In this document: one piece after another, positions 39,233-47,692 of the stretch
Numbering within the stretch: position 1 is the stretch's first letter
Layout: the number at the start of each line of letters is the position of its first letter
Assembly (NCBI GenBank): GCA_965198235.1
Contig: OZ240248.1
Span: 3,904,001-3,968,000, forward strand
DNA length: 64,000 bases
Direction: 5' to 3'
From: Candidatus Poribacteria bacterium
GTDB taxonomy: Bacteria > Poribacteria > WGA-4E > WGA-3G
Position numbers and translations under genes: made by a program
Notes under the pieces: model-generated
The model's input: the letters and a program-made list of their open reading frames with translations, nothing else
Told to the model about the DNA's origin: nothing
Database searches by the model: none

Positions 39233-40648
39233 TTACCGGAAAATGGTCCCGCTGCTGAGGTGCGTTCGGTATCGCCCCTTGAGCGGTTGACGAGGAGAAG
39301 TCTGCCACGCGAGATTCGCCAAGTAACAGAGCGCATTCTCAATGAGAGGTTTCGCTATAGTCGTGCGATAGGCATCTCGTGTATCAACTGCAAAAGCAAC
39401 ATAATAACCGTCCCCCCATTGCAACTGCACACTGATCGGGTCCCCGTTATCCTCTCTAACAGCCAACCTTCGGTAACTTGCGTCGTTTGTCACCCAATGA
39501 TCGTCGGTTATGAGAGTGTCTACATTCACCTTATGGGGCCAGGTAAACATACCTGTTTTTTGACCGTCATCGGTGATCCGTACGTTTCCATCGTTGGAAT
39601 TAATCACACGAATCGGATGCCGGTTGACCGGCAACCAATCGCCACGCCAGGCGGGTTCAGTTGTATGGACACCGTCGGGTGGTGTGATATTGTTATCCAT
39701 TGCGGAAGCCCAAACAATTCCTCCCTTATGAACAAAATCCTGAATTGCCTGATCCGCGTCTTCAACGAAATATTCACCGTCATGTCCGGTAGCAAACCAT
39801 GTAAACCAGATGATGTCATACTCTGAAAGCGTAATGCTTGAGAGTTTGACGGCATTGTTGGGATCCCCACGATTGTCGGGATTATCATTAATGTGTACGG
39901 TCGTAAACTGGAATTCTAACCCTTCAACTGAGGTGAGAGACTCCAATACTGCTGGCTCCCCGGTCGAATTATCACCAACAACAATCAACACTCGGAATAC
40001 ACCTAACGGCACAATTTTTATGGAAGAAATAATATCTGAAAATGATTGCGAATGTGGAAGTGCTCTGAGATTCCGAAGTGCTAACTGAAATTCTTGTGAA
40101 CTCAGGTTTAGGGTCAACCGTCGTCCTTCAAAGTTAATGTGCTCGTAGAAAATGACATGGCATCCGCTGAATGGAAAACTGGGACCGCGCTGGATGCGAA
40201 TTGACGAAACGGTATCATTCATACCAATGTCGAACATCGAACTGACATCGCGCATGATAACACTCCGTTGACCGGTATAATCTACGTCCCGAAACACTTC
40301 GATGATGACCGGAACCGCTCCATACTCCGGTGGTGTTGGGTGTGCTGATGGACTGAAACTGATAGCTGTAATCGCGTCCCCGAAGTTATAGGGAATGTTA
40401 TGAATGTTTGAATAGAACCCTGGAGCAAGCACCAGCCGACGTCCCTTGTAGTTCTCATGCTCATGAAAGATGGCTTTGTAGTTGGGCGACGCGTTGAACC
40501 CTGGTCCCTTGTAGATTTTAATCGAAGAGATAATGTCTTGCGCCCCAATCTCTCCAGTGTTCGGGATAGAATCAACCAGCGTGACCTTGCGTCCATGAAA
40601 ATTTACATGTTCAAAGACTTCAACGACGAGCCTCGGCATGTTGGTCAT
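39233..40648 (-). CDS. Tandem beta/gamma-crystallin domain protein with a C-terminal alpha/beta domain
   Basis: Four Greek-key motifs (FEHVNFHG, HEHENYKG, FRDVDYTG, YEHINFEG) with QDIISS, GDAITA, NDTVSS and SDIISS; AAGGAGG RBS supports a start at 40648. Confidence 0.85.
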   Translation of the reverse strand: MTNMPRLVVEVFEHVNFHGRKVTLVDSIPNTGEIGAQDIISSIKIYKGPGFNASPNYKAIFHEHENYKGRRLVLAPGFYSNIHNIPYNFGDAITAISFSPSAHPTPPEYGAVPVIIEVFRDVDYTGQRSVIMRDVSSMFDIGMNDTVSSIRIQRGPSFPFSGCHVIFYEHINFEGRRLTLNLSSQEFQLALRNLRALPHSQSFSDIISSIKIVPLGVFRVLIVVGDNSTGEPAVLESLTSVEGLEFQFTTVHINDNPDNRGDPNNAVKLSSITLSEYDIIWFTWFATGHDGEYFVEDADQAIQDFVHKGGIVWASAMDNNITPPDGVHTTEPAWRGDWLPVNRHPIRVINSNDGNVRITDDGQKTGMFTWPHKVNVDTLITDDHWVTNDASYRRLAVREDNGDPISVQLQWGDGYYVAFAVDTRDAYRTTIAKPLIENALCYLANLAWQTSPRQPLKGRYRTHLSSGTIFR

Positions 40649-40835
40649 AGCGCCCTCCTTGTTTTCAGGCATAACTTACAAACGAAATTGTAAGTTTAAT
40701 TAAAATATCATTAGCAGAAGCAGTTTGTCAAGGGAAAACATCAAGAACTTTCTGCTGGTAATCTCAATGCCCAATTGAGAACTTCTCTGTCTGGCTCAAT
40801 TGGTTGCCTGAATACCTACACGATGCCTTTTCCAA

Positions 40836-40864
40836 ATTATAACGTAAATTCTTCTGGATGTCAA
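40836..40864 (-). promoter_or_regulatory. Perfect-consensus sigma70 promoter
   Basis: TTGACA-17 nt-TATAAT on the minus strand. Confidence 0.75.
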
Positions 40865-40933
40865 GATGTGGTAATATTCTTGCCGAATGCCATCTATAGA
40901 AAAATTAACATTTAACAAGTCCACTCATTTTTC

Positions 40934-40962
40934 TTGAATCTCTGAAAAGAATATGATAAAAT
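40934..40962 (+). promoter_or_regulatory. Divergent sigma70-type promoter
   Basis: TTGAAT-17 nt-TAAAAT with a TG extension. Confidence 0.55.
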
Positions 40963-41016
40963 ATAGATAAGAGCCTTGGAAAGAACTCTTTGAGAATGTA
41001 AGATGGAGGAAATATA

Positions 41017-41889
41017 ATGTCTTACAAAAGAGGACTTCTGATTTTTTTGATCACAATTATCAGTATCGCGTTAGTCTATTTCCTAACCCGAATGGAACAA
41101 TCAGCGACGAAGGAAACGATAGCATCACGTCCGGTCGCACTTCCCTATAATTGGATTGGGAATATAACGCAAACACAAATAGCGGAACCTTCGGGTATCA
41201 CCTACCACCCGACTCGGCGGAGCCTATTTCTTGCTGATGATTCAGGGAGTGTCCATGAGGTAAGCCTGGAGGGTAGGCTCATTCAGTCGAAAGGATTAAA
41301 CGAGCGCGACATTGAAGGGATTACTGTGGATCCGAGCACCGGATTACTATACGCTGCTGTAGAAGACGATGAAGTGATCTTGGAGCTTGACCCAGAAAAT
41401 CTCACTATTCAGAGAGAATTCAGAATCGGCAGAAATTTTAAAGGTGAACAACTCCTGAGAAAAGGAGGTATGGGCATTGAAGCGATCGCTTTCGTTCCAG
41501 ATGCTTCACACCCCGAGGGCGGTACTTTTTGGGTCGGCAACCAATCTTTCAGTCTCAAAGCGAAAGATGAACCCTCGGTCGTATGCGAAGTCGTTGTGCC
41601 ACTCCGTTCTACAGCAGCAAAATCGGCAGACGGCGCGATTATCCACGCTTACAAAATGGACTTCATCGATATTTCAGGGTTGGCTTACGATGCACAAGGC
41701 GATTTTCTGGTATTGATCAGCGATACAACCAATCTTTTGGTTGAACTCAAACGGGAAGGCACTATTCTAAGGCGATACCTCCTGCCCGGGGACGAACAGG
41801 AAGGGATTGTGTTAGATGGACTTGGCTATATGTACGTTGCGCAAGAGAACGGGGAAATTATCAAATTGGCAGATCGGCGGCTCCGTTGA
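41017..41889 (+). CDS. SdiA-regulated/YjiK-like beta-propeller protein
   Basis: N-terminal TM segment; repeated EPSGIT, DIEGIT, GIEAIA, DISGLA, EQEGIV blades. Confidence 0.8.
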   Translation: MSYKRGLLIFLITIISIALVYFLTRMEQSATKETIASRPVALPYNWIGNITQTQIAEPSGITYHPTRRSLFLADDSGSVHEVSLEGRLIQSKGLNERDIEGITVDPSTGLLYAAVEDDEVILELDPENLTIQREFRIGRNFKGEQLLRKGGMGIEAIAFVPDASHPEGGTFWVGNQSFSLKAKDEPSVVCEVVVPLRSTAAKSADGAIIHAYKMDFIDISGLAYDAQGDFLVLISDTTNLLVELKREGTILRRYLLPGDEQEGIVLDGLGYMYVAQENGEIIKLADRRLR

Positions 41890-41930
41890 ATGAAAAGACC
41901 TCGGTTTCTTGGTATTTCTACTTCGCTTTT

Positions 41931-42152
41931 CTAATTTTTGTCGTTTTCCTCCTCATCACCTTCAAGGCGCAACACGGCAATCCCCGGGACCAAATCTAAT
42001 ACCAGATTAATGGATGCGTACTGTTCTGCTGTATGCCCACAATCGTCTCGCCACAGAACTTGTACGTTTCCTTCATCATAGAGAATCCCAGAGGCGAGTC
42101 TCTTACCCTCAGCATTTTCTAAGTGGAAATATCTGCGGCGTTTTGCATCCAT
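41931..42152 (-). CDS. Small hypothetical protein
   Basis: 73 aa, MDAKRRRYFHLE...GILYDEGNVQVLWR; co-oriented downstream of mqnD. Confidence 0.6.
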   Translation of the reverse strand: MDAKRRRYFHLENAEGKRLASGILYDEGNVQVLWRDDCGHTAEQYASINLVLDLVPGIAVLRLEGDEEENDKN

Positions 42153-42220
42153 GATATTCGTGAGTATACAAAAGTGGTGAGGTATGGGAACCTCACCTTG
42201 ACAGAAACAACGCAAAGAGG

Positions 42221-43060
42221 CTATTCAAGCGAGACAAAGTCAGCATCTACACGATGCGGAATTATACCAGCGGAACTACCACGGTGGAGCAATTCTCGCA
42301 CCCCTGCTCTACCCTTTTCACCATAATCAAGCGTATAGTCATTGACGTACATCCCTACAAATTTATCCGCGAGCGAGGTCTCCATGTCGCGTGCGTAAGT
42401 CATTGCGTACGCTAACCCGCGTTCTCGATGTTCGAGTGAATACTGAATGCTCTGTTTGAGTAATGCTGTTATCTTGCGAATTTTTTCGGTGCCGAGGTTG
42501 CGACGAATTACATTAGCACCGAGAGGCAGCGGTAGTCCTGTTTCCTCATACCACCACTCACCTAAATCAATGACTTTGTGAAGACCTTCGCGTGCGTAGG
42601 TTAACTGCCCCTCATGAATAATGAGTCCTGCGTCTACTTCATCCTGTTGGACGGCATCTAATATTTTATCAAAGGGACGGCTCTCTGCCTCAAAATCTGG
42701 TTGGAAGAGGCTAAGGGTGAGATAGGCGGTCGTCATTTTGCCGGGAATAGCGATGCGTTTACCCGCGAGTGTGTCTATCGGTGCCTTGGAAACAACAAGG
42801 GGACCGTACTGATCGCCGATGCTCGCGCCGCAAGGCGTGAACACATAATCCTTCGCGACGTAAGCGTAGGCGTGAACAGAGATTGCCGTAACTTCAAGTT
42901 CGGCTGCAAGCGCACGTCGATTGAGGGTTTCAATATCTTCAATGACATGAACAATCTCATAAGGATCAGTTGGAATCAATCCTTTGGCAAGAGCATAGAA
43001 CATGAAAGCATCATCGGAATCTGGGCTGTGCCCAATCCGAATTTTTTCAGTCTGTGGCAT
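42221..43060 (-). CDS. mqnD: 1,4-dihydroxy-6-naphthoate synthase (futalosine menaquinone pathway)
   Basis: GHSPDSDDAFMFY, DIETLN, GLIIHEGQLTY, LPLPLG, MYVNDYT. Confidence 0.9.
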   Translation of the reverse strand: MPQTEKIRIGHSPDSDDAFMFYALAKGLIPTDPYEIVHVIEDIETLNRRALAAELEVTAISVHAYAYVAKDYVFTPCGASIGDQYGPLVVSKAPIDTLAGKRIAIPGKMTTAYLTLSLFQPDFEAESRPFDKILDAVQQDEVDAGLIIHEGQLTYAREGLHKVIDLGEWWYEETGLPLPLGANVIRRNLGTEKIRKITALLKQSIQYSLEHRERGLAYAMTYARDMETSLADKFVGMYVNDYTLDYGEKGRAGVRELLHRGSSAGIIPHRVDADFVSLE

Positions 43061-43205
43061 AATATTCCTTTTTGATATCGGATTGTAGTTTTTCTTTAGA
43101 TAGTGTTATAATGAAATTGATCGGATGCATCTTTAATTTATGAATCAAGATACAAGCTTACGAACGACACCAGCACGCGAGGACGCGGAATTCTGTTAGA
43201 AACGT

Positions 43206-44147
43206 ATGCGTTTGCAAGCAATGCCCAAATACTTTTATCTCACAGCAACTCCACATGGACTCACAGAGTTAGTGAGTGCGGAATGCGTTGCTCTGACAGG
43301 ATCTGCGCCAAACACGGATGGTATAGCAATTTCAGATAGGTGCGTTGATGTACGTCGAGGTGCGTATCTGAAAAGTTGCAGCGAAATCCTTTTTGAATCA
43401 ACCAGTCTCACTGAACTCTGCGCGAACATCAGGTCCATTGGTTTACATGCGGACGAATTTCGAGTTTCTGTCGTAAAAAAGCCCCGCAACCTGAAAACAA
43501 ACTCTATGACACTCGCGCGGGACGTTGGCAATGCCATCAGTGGTAGTGCGAATCTACGTCAACCGCGGACTACTTTTCTAACGGTTGTGACGGCTGATAA
43601 AATGTGGTTCGGACAACTCCTTTCCGAGTCTGATGGTGCATGGCTTGCACATAACCAACGCCCTTATGTGACATCAAGTTCGCTACCGGCTCGACTTGCG
43701 CGTGTGCTCGTCAATTTAGTGGCATTCCCAGGAGATCGTCTGCTTGACCCGTGCTGTGGAACCGGTACCATTGTGATATCTGCCGCACATAGCGGTATCC
43801 ACGCAGTTGGTTACGATGTCAATCCACGCATGATAGGTGCCACGACGAAAAATCTTCAACATTTCGGACTCTCAGCAGACGTAGCACTGGGTGATGCGAG
43901 ACAAATTGATGGACAATATGACGCTATTGCAACAGATCTGCCCTACGGCATTAATCTTGTCAGAGATAGTTCGCAGGAAATAGAGATTTTGTCAAACTTG
44001 CGGACATGTGCGCCGAAAGCGGCGTTCATTGATCTTCGGGATCTCAGTAAAACGCTGACCGACCTTGGTTACCAGATTGAGGCTATTCTACCAGTGCCAA
44101 AGTTGAGCATTGTACGGCGCATTTTTATTACCTCTGTAGTGGCATAA
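43206..44147 (+). CDS. THUMP-like + UPF0020 RNA methyltransferase (Trm11/Trm14-like)
   Basis: SSLPARLARVLVNL, LDPCCGTGT, DAIATDLPYG. Confidence 0.8.
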   Translation: MRLQAMPKYFYLTATPHGLTELVSAECVALTGSAPNTDGIAISDRCVDVRRGAYLKSCSEILFESTSLTELCANIRSIGLHADEFRVSVVKKPRNLKTNSMTLARDVGNAISGSANLRQPRTTFLTVVTADKMWFGQLLSESDGAWLAHNQRPYVTSSSLPARLARVLVNLVAFPGDRLLDPCCGTGTIVISAAHSGIHAVGYDVNPRMIGATTKNLQHFGLSADVALGDARQIDGQYDAIATDLPYGINLVRDSSQEIEILSNLRTCAPKAAFIDLRDLSKTLTDLGYQIEAILPVPKLSIVRRIFITSVVA

Positions 44148-44181
44148 TAGTGTTCCCATGGCAAATGAGACGAATCTGGAC

Positions 44182-44622
44182 TCAATAGTCCTCAATGTTA
44201 TCGTAAAAATTCGTTTCTGGCAAGTACTCATCTTCGTTGAGTTCTTCCTCTTCATGCTCCTCGTATTCTGCCCGGCTGAGGAGGGTGTCTATTTCATTTG
44301 GGTTCTCGAGCCGGAATTTACAAATCCATCCATCTCCTTCTGGAAAGCGGTTGAGGAGTTCAACATCATCGTCAAGAGCCGCGTTGATTTCGTAAACTTC
44401 TCCTGTTACAGGTGCATAAATATAGAAATTCCTCCCGTCTGATGTTTCAACGCGTCCAATAATTTCGCCCTGCTCGTATTCGTCGAGAACTGGTAACTCT
44501 ATAAAAATAACACTGCTATAGACCTCCTGAATCCGTTCAGTGATCCCAACATTACACTCCCTTGAATTGAGAAATTCAATCCATTCGTGTGTTGTTGTGT
44601 ACTTTATCTCAAGGTTCTTCAT
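44182..44622 (-). CDS. Glycine cleavage H-like protein lacking the lipoyl lysine
   Basis: KYTTTHEW, VGIT, FIELP, IYAPVTGEV.EIN, GDGW; the ESVKA site reads ETSDGRN; GGAGGAGG RBS. Confidence 0.85.
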   Translation of the reverse strand: MKNLEIKYTTTHEWIEFLNSRECNVGITERIQEVYSSVIFIELPVLDEYEQGEIIGRVETSDGRNFYIYAPVTGEVYEINAALDDDVELLNRFPEGDGWICKFRLENPNEIDTLLSRAEYEEHEEEELNEDEYLPETNFYDNIEDY

Positions 44623-44657
44623 CATGAACCTCCTCCCATTAAACATGATGAACCCTA

Positions 44658-45248
44658 TCACTTCACGATTCCAAGACCTTGAAGTTGTGCTTGGAAGGGT
44701 TCAAGCGCGTTTTGCCGAATCTGAATCTGAATAATCGGGTCCGGATCATATTTTATGTCTATCACTTTCCCACCCACGCGTTTGCACAGCGTAACGACAG
44801 TACCTATATCCGGATAGTTGACCTTTAGGTACATGTTTTGGTAGAAGATACGGTTTTCAATTGCAGCATTTTGGAGGCACTCCCTTGCACATTGACCGTA
44901 AGCACGAATTAATCCACCGATACCGAGATTGATACCACCATAATATCGAGCGACAACACAGATAATATTGGACAAATCAAAAGCGCGAATCGCTGAAAGA
45001 ATAGGCGGACCGGCAGAATGAGTGGGTTCTCCCGCATCTGTAGCATACTCACGCAGCGTGGCATCGCTTCCAATAGTGTAAGCATAACAATAGTGCGAGG
45101 CACGTGGGCTTCGTTCTTGCACTTGACTCAGAAAATCTTTCACTGCTTCTTGGGTATGTACAGCAGTTGCCTCTCCGAAAAATCGAGATTTTTTTACAAC
45201 GTGATACGCGTGGGCTATTCCCACTACCGTTCTATATTGGTCAGACAT
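44658..45248 (-). CDS. YigZ/IMPACT family protein
   Basis: KKSRF, ASHYCYAY, DAGEPTHSAG, RYYGGINLGIGGLIRAY. Confidence 0.92.
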   Translation of the reverse strand: MSDQYRTVVGIAHAYHVVKKSRFFGEATAVHTQEAVKDFLSQVQERSPRASHYCYAYTIGSDATLREYATDAGEPTHSAGPPILSAIRAFDLSNIICVVARYYGGINLGIGGLIRAYGQCARECLQNAAIENRIFYQNMYLKVNYPDIGTVVTLCKRVGGKVIDIKYDPDPIIQIQIRQNALEPFQAQLQGLGIVK

Positions 45249-45272
45249 ACGTCACGATTGTAGTTCCAATTG

Positions 45273-46385
45273 CTAAAAGATTTGCCCAATTGAAAAAGCA
45301 TATACAGCCTTCCCCTGCACGATGTGGATACGTTCTTCATCTACCACAACAGGTGTAAATTGCGGTGTATATGCTGCATTGAGGATGATGTTTCCGAATC
45401 TGAAACCGATCCCGAAGCAGAAGCCTTCTGCTTTCCAGAGCCGTTCTTCCGTTTCAAACGAAGCGTCTTGAAAGAGAAACACCGATGTGTAACGCTTTTG
45501 TGTGTCTCTGAGGTACCCGATTCTAATCCCAATTCGGTAGCGATACCATGCTTCAACCCCCATATTTACTCGAATACCATCGCGGAAAGGGGGATGCGCG
45601 TCTAAACCGAATCGCAAAGCCACGTCCGATATTTCGCGCTGGTATGCGATGCCGGTTACAATCGAACGTTCCATTGTATCCGGAATAGAGGGATCAGAAA
45701 AGGAGAGTCCATTACTCAAATTTTGAACGACAGCACCAATCTGAATTGCCTCTCCAATCTGTTGAATAAAACCGACGTTATAGGCATATCCGTGACCAAG
45801 GTCTTCATTGCCATCAATATCGATTACCTTAGAGCGCAGCCATTTCGTATCAACACCGATAACGGTGCCTCCGAATATATTTAACCCGTAACTGAGACCG
45901 ATCGCAAGATTATTTTCGCGGAAATTGTTAAGTGCCTTTCCAACATGGTCTACTCGGCGAAATGCCCCTTCCTGTTCAAGAGCGAGTGCCAATCCAAGCG
46001 TGCCGAATTTTCCTACTGGAAATGCCCAATTTAAAGTTTCAACACCGGACGAGTGTTGTTCATACCGACTATAATCCTCATAATTGGCATTTAGGTTCGG
46101 TTTGGAAAGCAGGGCGATACTGCGTGGGAAACGGATGGCGTGAATAACGAATCGGTTTCCCGCCGTCTCACTGATACCAGCTGGATTACTACCTAAGGCG
46201 TTCGCACCGCGGGTTGCGCCAACAAAACTCCCTCCCATTCCATAATGTTCGGCTCCAAGCAACTGTTTGAGGAATCCATCTGCAGATGCTCTCGTGTTTG
46301 CTATTGAGGTAGGGCTACTCATAACAAAGAAGAGGATTACCATACAGGGCAGGACAGCCGCAACACAATTTTGGACGTATTTCAC
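45273..46385 (-). CDS. PorV/PorQ-like outer-membrane beta-barrel
   Basis: Signal peptide, FL...GA...GMGGSFV...NPAG motif, alternating beta strands, C-terminal Phe. Confidence 0.75.
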   Translation of the reverse strand: MKYVQNCVAAVLPCMVILFFVMSSPTSIANTRASADGFLKQLLGAEHYGMGGSFVGATRGANALGSNPAGISETAGNRFVIHAIRFPRSIALLSKPNLNANYEDYSRYEQHSSGVETLNWAFPVGKFGTLGLALALEQEGAFRRVDHVGKALNNFRENNLAIGLSYGLNIFGGTVIGVDTKWLRSKVIDIDGNEDLGHGYAYNVGFIQQIGEAIQIGAVVQNLSNGLSFSDPSIPDTMERSIVTGIAYQREISDVALRFGLDAHPPFRDGIRVNMGVEAWYRYRIGIRIGYLRDTQKRYTSVFLFQDASFETEERLWKAEGFCFGIGFRFGNIILNAAYTPQFTPVVVDEERIHIVQGKAVYAFSIGQIF

Positions 46386-46470
46386 TTCTTACCTCACGCG
46401 AAAGAGGTACGCCGTAAGGCATCACCTTTATGTTTAAGCATGCAGAAATCGAGTGCGAACGTAAACTGAA

Positions 46471-46863
46471 TCAAACGGAACAGAGTGTAACTTGAGCGAC
46501 GGCATAGTCATTTGTATGGGACATAGAAACGAATAATGAGCTAATATTGCATTCCTGTGCATAGCGTTGAACTTCGCCGTGTAGGACGAGTTCCGGTTTC
46601 CCGATAGTATTCGCCCGAATTTCGACATCTTGCCAACGCATACCTGTAGTCAAACCTGTGCCGAGAGCCTTGAGTGTAGCCTCTTTCGCAGCAAAACGAG
46701 CAGCAAGCCGCCAGTACCGAGACGGCGTATCTCCACAATAAGCGAGCTCTTGCTGTGTGTAAACCTTTTGTTCAAACCGTGAGCCCCATCGACGAGATGC
46801 GTCTCGGATCCGTTCTACTTCAATAATATCAATGCCGATTCCCTGAATTTTTTGCTGGTACAT
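46471..46863 (-). CDS. acpS: Holo-ACP synthase
   Basis: GIGIDIIE, RFAAKEA, GKP, SMSH. Confidence 0.95.
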   Translation of the reverse strand: MYQQKIQGIGIDIIEVERIRDASRRWGSRFEQKVYTQQELAYCGDTPSRYWRLAARFAAKEATLKALGTGLTTGMRWQDVEIRANTIGKPELVLHGEVQRYAQECNISSLFVSMSHTNDYAVAQVTLCSV

Positions 46864-47692
46864 CAGATTGTCTATAGAGTACATCCGTCATTTGGGCAGC
46901 ACGAACGTTTGCTTTGACATCATGGACCCGCACAATGTCAGCACCGTGTGCAATAGCCCAACAGACTGTCGCAGTTGTTCCTTCAACGCGCTCGGTTACA
47001 GGGAGGTCTAAAATGTTACCGATAAATGATTTCCGTGAAGTCCCAACGAGCAGAGGTTTGTGTAACCCCCGGAATTCCGCAAGGCGTTTTAGGATTTCAA
47101 GGTTGTGTTCTATCGTCTTGCCAAATCCAATCCCTGGGTCGATAATGATGCGATCGGCGGTAATACCTTGGGATTCGGCAGTCTCAATACTCTTCTGAAG
47201 CGAATCACAGATATCGCCAACGACATCGTCATATTGAGGAGCTTGTTGCATCGTGCGCGGTGTGCCTTTCATGTGCATCAGAATCAGTCCCGCTGCCATT
47301 TCTGATACAACCGCTGCCATTGCGGTGTCTCCGTGCAACGCTGTGATGTCATTGATAAGATGTGCGCCGGCTTCAAGTGCGTGCCGAGCCACTTCAGCTT
47401 TATATGTGTCAACGGAAAGAAGAACATCAACGGTGTCAACAATAGCGCGAATGACGGGTAGGATTCGCGCCAATTCCTCACGAATGGACACCGGGGATGC
47501 CCCGGGGCGGGATGATTCACCTCCAATATCAATGAGGGTCGCACCTTCCGTCACCATCAGTGCGGCATGTGCGACCGCCCGTTTGACATCAAGGTAACAC
47601 CCTCCGTCGGAAAAAGAATCGGGTGTGACGTTCAAGATGCCCATTACATGTGTATGTAGACCTAAAGTGAGCAATTTGCCACGACAGTTCAT
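46829..47692 (-). CDS. folP: Dihydropteroate synthase
   Basis: MGILNVTPDSFSDGG, DIGGESSRPG, DPGIGFGK, SRKSF, RVHDV. Confidence 0.97.
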   Translation of the reverse strand: MNCRGKLLTLGLHTHVMGILNVTPDSFSDGGCYLDVKRAVAHAALMVTEGATLIDIGGESSRPGASPVSIREELARILPVIRAIVDTVDVLLSVDTYKAEVARHALEAGAHLINDITALHGDTAMAAVVSEMAAGLILMHMKGTPRTMQQAPQYDDVVGDICDSLQKSIETAESQGITADRIIIDPGIGFGKTIEHNLEILKRLAEFRGLHKPLLVGTSRKSFIGNILDLPVTERVEGTTATVCWAIAHGADIVRVHDVKANVRAAQMTDVLYRQSDVPAKNSGNRH

